A stretch of 35,885 bases of DNA from Balneolaceae bacterium (lineage in GTDB: Bacteria; Bacteroidota; Rhodothermia; Balneolales; Balneolaceae), in the NCBI GenBank assembly GCA_041747055.1, contig JBGTFX010000321.1, positions 1 to 35,885 of the forward strand. Direction: 5' to 3'. Both the position numbers and the translations under genes were made by a program. The notes beneath the pieces were generated by a model. The model did not search any database. It was not told the DNA's origin and was given only the letters and a program-made list of their open reading frames with translations. This document shows positions 19,216 through 27,049 of this stretch, piece after piece. Numbering within the stretch: the stretch's first letter is position 1; every line of letters starts with the position of its first letter.

Positions 19216-20105
19216 CATTCTAATAATTCCCAAATATCGTTTATTATGAATTCTGAAAAAGGAAAAATATGATTTTTATACGGGTTCAAATAAGTATTTG
19301 GAGGAGGATCTAAAAAATAAACTCCATCCAATTTGGTTAAGAATTTCGTATAAACCATAAATAATCCTGAAACTAATGTGTAGCTAATATTATCCCTACC
19401 TTTACGCTGCACATCATTTAAAAAAATCCCAACAACTTTAACTTTATGACCTGAGAATTGCTCCATTAGCAATTTATCAAGAAAAATTTTACCCATTCTA
19501 TCTTTAGAAGAGGTTTTAAAAGAAAGTAACACCTCATTTTTAGCAAGTTTATTAGTTGTAGATTTTACCTTGGCATAGGGAGAAATAATCTGATCTGTTT
19601 CACACCTATAAAGTTTTTCTCCTTCTTCACTTTCATAAGGAATTTTAAAAGTAATTTTCTTATTTGTGACACCTAGATGGTCAATAGTTGTTCGCAATAA
19701 TTCCTCGAGTCTATTACCAACATGTTTACGAGCACTATTAGGATTTAGAACTAGATCTAATCCAGCACCAATAGATTGTTGTATAGTGTAAAGAGTTCGG
19801 TTTACTAATAAGTGGTCAGCATCAGTAAAATTTCTATTCCCATTTTTTACCCCATCCAATAGCGTGATTAATTCTGTATAAGCCAGTTTAAAATCCTCAG
19901 GATTATCTAGAAATAATTTTGTATTAATTGGTCTTACAAATTTTTTTTGACCGGCAATGTCAGATATGTTTATAACATAATCATCTCTTACTTGTACTTT
20001 TTCAGAAATAACATTTGGCATGTACTGTAATACACGAATACACAAATCTGAGAACTCCTCTAATGTCGATTTTGGATTAGAGAGGTCTTTTGCAAGTGAG
20101 CTCAT
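19212..20105 (-). CDS. Putative type II restriction endonuclease (CCGG-family-like)
   Basis: Convergent with and overlapping the MTase stop; AT-rich. GNRLEE...ETD...SFKTSSKDR..IFLD resembles the K-x3-(R/K)-(D/E)R motif of Cfr10I/NgoMIV/Kpn2I-type enzymes. Confidence 0.75.
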   Translation of the reverse strand: MSSLAKDLSNPKSTLEEFSDLCIRVLQYMPNVISEKVQVRDDYVINISDIAGQKKFVRPINTKLFLDNPEDFKLAYTELITLLDGVKNGNRNFTDADHLLVNRTLYTIQQSIGAGLDLVLNPNSARKHVGNRLEELLRTTIDHLGVTNKKITFKIPYESEEGEKLYRCETDQIISPYAKVKSTTNKLAKNEVLLSFKTSSKDRMGKIFLDKLLMEQFSGHKVKVVGIFLNDVQRKGRDNISYTLVSGLFMVYTKFLTKLDGVYFLDPPPNTYLNPYKNHIFPFSEFIINDIWELLEC

Positions 20106-20240
20106 TAAGTAGGATAATATTCAATTTAAACCAACCAAATATAGTCATTGCTTTGATATGAGAAAAATTGCACAATACACTCTTTTATTTTTGAAAAAAA
20201 GTTACACTGAGATACGATTAGAGATGTAGAACTAAAAGTA

Positions 20241-20260
20241 TCAAAAAATGCATTTTTTGA
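20241..20260. repeat. Perfect 20-bp palindrome at the right edge of the R-M island
   Basis: TCAAAAAATG-CATTTTTTGA, 2 nt after the tonB stop and upstream of the REase. Confidence 0.6.
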
Positions 20261-20262
20261 AT

Positions 20263-21096
20263 TCAATCAAGCACAAATCGAAAGGTAATGGTTCCCCATT
20301 GGGGTTCCTGGGGGACGCTTGAGGGCAGGCGTGAAAATCTCCAGCTGCGAAGGGTTCTCATCACTTCCCGTTCCAATTCCGGGTTCATTTTTCGAACCGG
20401 AATGACACGACCAAGGGAGCCGTCGGGATTTACTTCAAAACGTACGGTAATAACAGCCTCTTCATTGGTTTGGTTACTTGGCAAGGGCTGAACCATGGGG
20501 GATCGATCCAATTCTCCTTCCCACTGTAAATCGTAGGGCGCGGATCTGTCCGGGTTTGTACCGGTTCCGGCATCTACATCAATATCGCCCTTATTACCAT
20601 CCACATCACCACTTTCAACAACTCCCTCCTGAACTTGTTCGGCGTCAACAGAAAGTGGAGGAGTATCTTCTACCTCAATTTCTTCAGTTACGTCAACATT
20701 TTGGGGATCAATAATGTCCGTTTCTGGTGTTTCAATTACTTCATCATCAATAATCGGCTCCACTTCCTCAGGTAATTCTACAGGTTTTGTAGCTTCATCT
20801 TCAGGTTGTTGGGGAGTTTCGGTAGGCTGGGTAATTTCGGGATCGGGTACTTCAGGTTGTTCCTCAGCTGGATTCGGGCGCGTGGCAACTTCTTCGGCTT
20901 GCTCTTCGGCAAATTCGGCCAGGGCTCCACTGCGGAATTCACCAAGGGTGACTTCCATATAGGCCGGACGATTCTCAACATCGAAGCTGATTGTGTAAAG
21001 AAGCGCAATGATCAGCAGAATTATGTGCAGTGCACCCGTAACTCCCAAACCAAAACGATCTTCCTCGTCTATGTTATGTTTTATCCAGTCCAGCAT
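20263..21096 (-). CDS. tonB: TonB/TolA-like energy transducer
   Basis: N-terminal TM with His (TGALHIILL), long Glu/Pro-rich linker, C-terminal TonB domain VRFEVNPDG...WRF...ITFRF. Confidence 0.85.
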   Translation of the reverse strand: MLDWIKHNIDEEDRFGLGVTGALHIILLIIALLYTISFDVENRPAYMEVTLGEFRSGALAEFAEEQAEEVATRPNPAEEQPEVPDPEITQPTETPQQPEDEATKPVELPEEVEPIIDDEVIETPETDIIDPQNVDVTEEIEVEDTPPLSVDAEQVQEGVVESGDVDGNKGDIDVDAGTGTNPDRSAPYDLQWEGELDRSPMVQPLPSNQTNEEAVITVRFEVNPDGSLGRVIPVRKMNPELEREVMRTLRSWRFSRLPSSVPQEPQWGTITFRFVLD

Positions 21097-21507
21097 TTAA
21101 TTCGACTGACTTTCCGTGGCCATTACAATGTTTAAATTTAGTGCGCGTCCGATGTTCATAGCATAAACGGCGTCATCTACCTTTGCGTCTTTATCGGCGC
21201 GAACTACTAACGTACTATTTGGCTTTCTCTGATTTGCTTCCCGAATGGCATTTGATAAACTACCTCTTGCTATCTGATCGCCATCCACAAAAAAGTTGCC
21301 TTCACTGGTAATGGCTACAGAAATTTGCAGGGCTTCGGTGGTTGTTCCGGTTTCGGCCTGAGGGATATTTACCTTAATGCCAAAGTTTGAAACAAACGAC
21401 GATGTTAACAGAAAAAAGATCAAAAGAAGCAGAATAATGTCCGTCAGTGATGACTGAGAGAACATCGTAAGAGGCTCCTTGATCATACGATCTTTGCGGA
21501 AATCCAT
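21097..21507 (-). CDS. exbD: ExbD/TolR family protein
   Basis: SLTDIILLLLIFF with the conserved TM Asp; VRADKD periplasmic motif. Confidence 0.9.
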   Translation of the reverse strand: MDFRKDRMIKEPLTMFSQSSLTDIILLLLIFFLLTSSFVSNFGIKVNIPQAETGTTTEALQISVAITSEGNFFVDGDQIARGSLSNAIREANQRKPNSTLVVRADKDAKVDDAVYAMNIGRALNLNIVMATESQSN

Positions 21508-21509
21508 CG

Positions 21510-22226
21510 TTATGCCTCTGTTCGTTTTTTTGGTGCCGGAGTTTGCAGCAGGTCCAGAAAATCTGCCGATGCGTTTTCCAGTTCAAAAATCATTCGGTTT
21601 ATTTTCCCAAGCAGAAAGTTGTAAAATCCGTAGGCGATAATTCCCACAATCAATCCGGCTGCCGTTGTAATTAATGCTTCCCAGATTCCTCCGGCCAACA
21701 CGCTTGGATTCACATTTCCCTGAAGGGATTGAATATCCATAAATGCACGAATCATACCCGTAACCGTTCCGGTAAACCCAATGAGGGGAGCAACCCCTGC
21801 AATAGTCGCAAGCCAATTCATCCGGTTCTCAAGGTGATACATCTCTTTTTTACCCGCATTGCTGATAGATTCTTCAATATCACGAATCGGTCGGCCAAGG
21901 CGTTTAATACCCGCTTTTAATATTCGGGCAAGAGGCTTATCAAACCGATCGCAATAATCCACAGCTTTTTGTTGGCTTCCGGATTTTAACATTGCTTCAA
22001 TATTGCCCAGCATCGTTTCCACATCCATTACTGAATTATTTAATGTTCTCCAGCGCTCAGCAATTACGTAAATAGCTAAAACAGAAAGAATAAACAGTGG
22101 AATCATGATAACTCCACCCTGAGCAATAATTTCGTAAAAAGACATTGAAGAATCTTCGGCGAGTAGTTGAGCTAAGGTATCTTCTTCAGCGGTTTGTTGT
22201 AATAAAAGTAGAGAGATGATATTCAT
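21510..22226 (-). CDS. exbB: MotA/TolQ/ExbB proton channel protein
   Basis: APLIGFTGTVTGMIRAF, AGGIWEALITTAAGL. Confidence 0.92.
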   Translation of the reverse strand: MNIISLLLLQQTAEEDTLAQLLAEDSSMSFYEIIAQGGVIMIPLFILSVLAIYVIAERWRTLNNSVMDVETMLGNIEAMLKSGSQQKAVDYCDRFDKPLARILKAGIKRLGRPIRDIEESISNAGKKEMYHLENRMNWLATIAGVAPLIGFTGTVTGMIRAFMDIQSLQGNVNPSVLAGGIWEALITTAAGLIVGIIAYGFYNFLLGKINRMIFELENASADFLDLLQTPAPKKRTEA

Positions 22227-22239
22227 TTAATTATAGATG

Positions 22240-23349
22240 TTAATTGCGAATGCGTTGTATAAAATTTTGTTCGTTGTAAGGAGTTGGTAATTCTGCCGCT
22301 TCTGCCTGTGCATCAGAAATAGATGGAAATTGTCCCACGCTAACCCTGAAAACCGCTCTGTCTTCGACAGTGCGTCCGGTTACCATTGTTCTGTAACCGT
22401 CATCTTTGAGCTCGCCGGCGATTTCATTGGCTCGTGCTTCGCTCCTTAGAGAGTGCAGCACAATGGTATATCCATTATTTCCTGATTCCACAATATCACC
22501 ATACAGGCCATAGGTAGGCAGAGCAGGGGCTTCTGTTGTTGATTCTTCCACCGGTACGGATTCTTCTACTTCATCTTCGGCCTCAGGTTCCACTTGTGTT
22601 AAATCCGGTTCGGCTACAGCGGGAGGCTCTTGGGTTTGAATCTGTCTTTCTACATTAGGTGATTGTTCCGGTGCACTTAGATAATCATTGATAATAAAAT
22701 ATCCACCTGCCAGCACAATAACACCCAATAAAATAAACACGACTGTCATTACCGGATCTTTTTGTCCGGATGATTTTGTTTTTTTCGTTGCTGATGTCGT
22801 TTTCTTTTGCGGCGCTTTTTTAGCTGACTTTTTTGGAGTTGAAACATTCAGAGCGGTTCCTGCCTTTTTCACTTCTTTTTCACTTTCTTCTTTCATGCCT
22901 GAAGACACGTCCTCCAATAGAGAGGCAAAAGGATTGTCTTCATCATCTGAATCATCGCTTTTGTCGTGATCGAATTCATCAAAGTTGATCTCGCCCTTTC
23001 CTTCTTCCTCAGCAATCAGCTCATCTTCAATACCAAAAATATCTTCATCGGATAACGGTTCGTCAACATCTTCTTTTGATGTATCCCGCGGTGGCTTTAA
23101 TTCCACCGGCTCCATTCCGGCATATTTAAAATTGACCTCTGTTTTCAGTTCATCGGCCGGATCAAATTTTAAATCTCCGTTTTCATCAAAATAGAACAGG
23201 CCAAACCCTTTAATTTCAAGAGCTTTTCCTCGTTTAGCGGCATCGGTAATTCGCTTAATTAATTCATTTAGCTGGCTTTCAACTTCAGCCTTCTCCATTT
23301 CGGTTTTTTCAACCAAAAGTTCAACGAGTTTCTCTTTATTTATCTTCAT
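22240..23349 (-). CDS. HU-like domain - acidic/Lys-rich linker - single TM - SPOR domain fusion protein
   Basis: N-terminal INKEKLVELLVEKTE..GKALEIKGFGLF..FDPADELK (HU-like); TM VMTVVFILLGVIVLAGGYFII; C-terminal GYTIVLHS..A...L...GY..FRVSVGQF (SPOR). Confidence 0.85.
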   Translation of the reverse strand: MKINKEKLVELLVEKTEMEKAEVESQLNELIKRITDAAKRGKALEIKGFGLFYFDENGDLKFDPADELKTEVNFKYAGMEPVELKPPRDTSKEDVDEPLSDEDIFGIEDELIAEEEGKGEINFDEFDHDKSDDSDDEDNPFASLLEDVSSGMKEESEKEVKKAGTALNVSTPKKSAKKAPQKKTTSATKKTKSSGQKDPVMTVVFILLGVIVLAGGYFIINDYLSAPEQSPNVERQIQTQEPPAVAEPDLTQVEPEAEDEVEESVPVEESTTEAPALPTYGLYGDIVESGNNGYTIVLHSLRSEARANEIAGELKDDGYRTMVTGRTVEDRAVFRVSVGQFPSISDAQAEAAELPTPYNEQNFIQRIRN

Positions 23350-23548
23350 CTGCCTTTCTGATTTGAGATTTGAATTCTACAACATCAGCCGGGGGCATCA
23401 TCGCAACCCTGCCATTCTCATATTTTTTTTGAGTCTGTTTTTTGTGAACAACTTCAAACTGGCCGAGTCCGTCTAATTGAACAGTATTTTTATCCATTAT
23501 CTGTTCTCTTAAGACGTCTTTAAACGCATTAATAAATTTTGATTTCAT
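23336..23548 (-). CDS. Short HU/IHF-family DNA-binding protein (70 aa)
   Basis: TVQLDGLGQFEV..K..MPPADVVEFK matches the HU beta-arm region; overlaps the next gene by 14 nt. Confidence 0.8.
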   Translation of the reverse strand: MKSKFINAFKDVLREQIMDKNTVQLDGLGQFEVVHKKQTQKKYENGRVAMMPPADVVEFKSQIRKADEDK

Positions 23549-23552
23549 AGTT

Positions 23553-25280
23553 TTAAAATAGATATGTGATTCCTACGAATCCTTGAAAGCCTCTTTCGCG
23601 ATATCCATCCCAAATCTCATATTGCTGATCAGTAATGTTAAGCAGTTTACCGTAAATACCGGCATTTTCGGTGATAGATATCTCGAATTTTCCACCAAGC
23701 AGAAAATAAGAAGAAAGATCGTCTCCATTTGGATTAAATCTGCTGCCCGAAAAATCCCCCCAGCCTTCAAGCAAAAGCTGTGCAACGGGCCGCCAGGATA
23801 GAGCACCACGAACGCCAAGAGCCTCTACAAAGGGTATTTTTTCGCCACCGGAGAGTCGCGGACGTTGCCAAAAACCATCTACATCAACCCAAAATTTATC
23901 GGCAACCAATTGTTGCGAAAACGCTCCATATACCTTTAAAAATGAAGCATTATCATAACTTACATCATAAGACCCCTGTACAAGGTTACCACCTAAAGCA
24001 GGTTTATCATTTGTGAAGACTGCATACTGTTTGATGTCTTGATAACTGGCTCCTCCCGTAAACGTAGTTCCGCTAAGAGGTTCAATAATCACCTCGGCCA
24101 AACCGCGCAAATTGTATTGATGCCGTAATGGATCTTCGAGATTGATAAACCGATTTTGCGTCTGAAGTTCTTTTAATGATCGATGATCCGGACTACCCGA
24201 AACTAATCCACGGAGATCCATTCCATCAAAAAGAGTGTGTGTTACCTCAACCCGGGGAGCGACATAAAAAGTGCCACTGTTGAACGCATCTGTCACATAA
24301 GATGCCCCGAGACTGGCTTTCACATCTGTTTGATAGTTGTATAGTCTGCTGTAGGATGCTCCGAGCTGTGAATCGCTCCAAGAATTCATTTCTGAACCAA
24401 TGGTTTCAATCCCACCAAAGTCAGAATTTACATATATGCCGAACACCTCTTCAATATTAGAACCCAACCATGAATAATTGGCGCCTGCAGAAATTCCCCA
24501 TTCACCGGGTGACCCCGCCTGATTGGTTACTGATTCAGTAACATCAAACTGATTCAAATAGCCATTCGCTGAAATAGAAAAACCCGCAATAGAATTTCGT
24601 GCTGAAGAAAAAGTACTGCCTAAATAAACTCCGTTGTTTGCAATCCTTCCCTGTTCCCCATCAACAATAGTTCCGGAAATTCTCGTAATTGGAAGATGAT
24701 TAAAATCAGAAAATACGCCTGTATTCAATCTAATTGTACTGCGATTAGAAAGTCGATGTTGTGATCGGATATCTGTATTAAAATTTCGAAACGAGCTGTT
24801 TTGCTCATCTAAATGTCCTTCAGTAGACCGATAGTTGATATTTCCTGAAACCCATTGTCCGCGGCCCAAATTAGTAATGGCATATACATCCGCTTCCGGT
24901 GTGATGTGGCTGCCAACACCTAATCGGGCAAATCCATTGTTAGGATTTGCGTAAGTAAGAGCACGATATACTGGAGGTTCAGGACGGTCCAATTCTCCCA
25001 CAGGAATACTTGCCGCCACCGCTTCTTCCGATTCAATAAACGGCCTTCGGTTTGGATCAATCTGAAAAACACGTGGTACGGGGTTAAAGCCAAGAATAGG
25101 CTGCCTGCGCAAACCGGGAAAACGTGCCTGAAACTGACTTCGAATTTCAATGTCCTGCGGATCAATTTCGGGCAAAAGAGTTCGATCGGGCTGGGTGGCG
25201 CCTTCCTGAGCGTTCACCGTTGAGATGGACAGAATTAGAGCGATTGAAGCAAAGAAAGTAATAAAGAGTTTTCGAGACAT
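23553..25280 (-). CDS. Outer-membrane beta-barrel protein (TonB-dependent-receptor-like, short)
   Basis: Signal peptide ending VNA-Q; Pro-rich N-terminal segment; amphipathic strands; C-terminal LLNITDQQYEIWDGY..GFVGITYLF BAM-type end. Start moved to ATG 25280. Confidence 0.75.
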   Translation of the reverse strand: MSRKLFITFFASIALILSISTVNAQEGATQPDRTLLPEIDPQDIEIRSQFQARFPGLRRQPILGFNPVPRVFQIDPNRRPFIESEEAVAASIPVGELDRPEPPVYRALTYANPNNGFARLGVGSHITPEADVYAITNLGRGQWVSGNINYRSTEGHLDEQNSSFRNFNTDIRSQHRLSNRSTIRLNTGVFSDFNHLPITRISGTIVDGEQGRIANNGVYLGSTFSSARNSIAGFSISANGYLNQFDVTESVTNQAGSPGEWGISAGANYSWLGSNIEEVFGIYVNSDFGGIETIGSEMNSWSDSQLGASYSRLYNYQTDVKASLGASYVTDAFNSGTFYVAPRVEVTHTLFDGMDLRGLVSGSPDHRSLKELQTQNRFINLEDPLRHQYNLRGLAEVIIEPLSGTTFTGGASYQDIKQYAVFTNDKPALGGNLVQGSYDVSYDNASFLKVYGAFSQQLVADKFWVDVDGFWQRPRLSGGEKIPFVEALGVRGALSWRPVAQLLLEGWGDFSGSRFNPNGDDLSSYFLLGGKFEISITENAGIYGKLLNITDQQYEIWDGYRERGFQGFVGITYLF

Positions 25281-25394
25281 TCGTTTCGTAAATGTGATTA
25301 GTTCCACGTTGGAAAATAACAATTTTTTTGAGGTAGTTGCAGAGTTCCCGGTAAAACCATGTACTTAATTAGAAAATTTTGTTCCCAAAGTAAA

Positions 25395-26402
25395 TCAACG
25401 AGTGCCCGCTATTTTGAGTGTATAATATTTATCCCACCATAAAGCCACCGGAGCAATGATGAAAACCAGTAAAACAGAGGCTGCATGAACAACCGTGGCA
25501 TAGGTTAACGCCGTTACTAACGGAACACTATACAACAACCACATACTTTGCTGCATCAAAAGATGGTAAGACCCGATGCCGCCCGGAGTGGGAATGCTAA
25601 CTCCAATAGAGGAAACAAGAGTCAAAACAATGGCATCAGCAGGAATAAGCCCGAACTGATCCTGTAAATCCAACATATAAAACGGAATGTAGGTCATTAT
25701 GATATATCCAGTCCAAATACCTGCAGTTAACAGTAAAAACATCGGCCAGTTATCCACATGCTTGATGGAGATCATCCCTTCACCAAACGATCGACTTAAT
25801 TTAATTACTTTTTGCAGGAATGGATTTTCAATCATCTGTTTCGAATCAATCCAAACGAGCAGTTTATAAAAAATGACAATACCGGCTACAAGCATTAAAA
25901 TAATTGCGGGGATAATCAGATATGTAAAGAAGCTCCAGCTTTCAATTCCGAAAATTTGTTCAAGTATTCCAAAATCGCGGCTAATATAGAAGGCGATGAA
26001 CACCATCAGCAAAAACATAGTACAAACGTCAATGATTCTTTCAAGAACAATGGTACCCAACATATTCCCTGAGCTGAGATCGTGTTTTTTTGCTACGTAC
26101 ACCGGGCGAGATACTTCGCCTAAACGCGGTATTATATTATTTACCATATAGCCGAGCATCACCCCTGCAAAAAGAGTAGAACGGGGAATATTTCGCTGCT
26201 CCTTATTAAGCAGAAGGCGCCATCTTTCAGCACGTAAATAATGACTTCCGGCTAAAACGACTATAAAAGGTGGTAGCCAATAGAAGGTGACTCTTTGCAT
26301 TTGAACCCAAACTTCTCTCAAATCTATATTTCGTACTGCCAGCCAGATAAATAGTCCGGCTACAAGAATTGAGATAAGAATGTTTAGAGAGCGTTTTGTC
26401 AT
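25395..26402 (-). CDS. Lysylphosphatidylglycerol synthase TM / UPF0104 flippase-like membrane protein
   Basis: LRAERWRLL, NNIIPRLGEVSR, ERIID, IPTPGGIGSYH. Confidence 0.88.
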   Translation of the reverse strand: MTKRSLNILISILVAGLFIWLAVRNIDLREVWVQMQRVTFYWLPPFIVVLAGSHYLRAERWRLLLNKEQRNIPRSTLFAGVMLGYMVNNIIPRLGEVSRPVYVAKKHDLSSGNMLGTIVLERIIDVCTMFLLMVFIAFYISRDFGILEQIFGIESWSFFTYLIIPAIILMLVAGIVIFYKLLVWIDSKQMIENPFLQKVIKLSRSFGEGMISIKHVDNWPMFLLLTAGIWTGYIIMTYIPFYMLDLQDQFGLIPADAIVLTLVSSIGVSIPTPGGIGSYHLLMQQSMWLLYSVPLVTALTYATVVHAASVLLVFIIAPVALWWDKYYTLKIAGTR

Positions 26403-27049
26403 CAGGAACCGTGACGTAAATCAATCCTTTCTGCATCCTCGGGGATATCCATTTCAAACAGGTCATCTGAATGTTGTGTAAACCCCCCGTTGTCAAATCG
26501 GGTGGTGATCGTGTTATCAGCCTGATCAATTGCCCTAATTTCGACAGGATCACCGGATTCGTTCAACTGAATGGTGACGGTTTTAAAAATAGAAAAAGGA
26601 TCATCAGTAGATAACCTAATGGTAACAACCCCATTTTCGCCGACGGATTCTTCCACGCTGTAGGTATCATCAACCCCCTGGAGCATTCGTGATGGAGCGA
26701 AATCATCTTCTTCTTCTACATAATCACTGATGATCACGCGATTTTTATTTCCATCGTACACGCGGGAGATATTTTCATCAACCAGCATAAGCTGATTAGA
26801 GCCCTCAACTTTATAGCGTTCCTTTGCGATCCAAATTTTCCCTTCTGCCCTTTCGGTTTCACCGGTAAACGCATCTTCATATAGGTGAGTAAAATCTGTG
26901 ATGAAAACGTTGTTGTTTTCAAATTCAGACTTCAGAGCATCAAATTTTGGTGTTTCTCCCTGGTTAGCCAGAGCCTGAGCAGGAAGCACAAAAAGTATTA
27001 ATAGAACAATATATAAGGGTTTAAACACCCAATTCTTCAAATATTTCAT
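26402..27049 (-). CDS. lolA: LolA-like outer-membrane lipoprotein carrier
   Basis: Signal peptide; FTH...GKIWI...YKV, terminal FEMDIPEDAERIDLR; directly downstream of ftsK, a conserved synteny. Start uncertain (ATG 27049 or GTG 27028). Confidence 0.75.
   Translation of the reverse strand: MKYLKNWVFKPLYIVLLILFVLPAQALANQGETPKFDALKSEFENNNVFITDFTHLYEDAFTGETERAEGKIWIAKERYKVEGSNQLMLVDENISRVYDGNKNRVIISDYVEEEDDFAPSRMLQGVDDTYSVEESVGENGVVTIRLSTDDPFSIFKTVTIQLNESGDPVEIRAIDQADNTITTRFDNGGFTQHSDDLFEMDIPEDAERIDLRHGS

Noticed and set aside
18060-20262. Prophage or transposon carrying the R-M genes
   Set aside because: No integrase, transposase, tRNA target or flanking direct repeats were found by eye.
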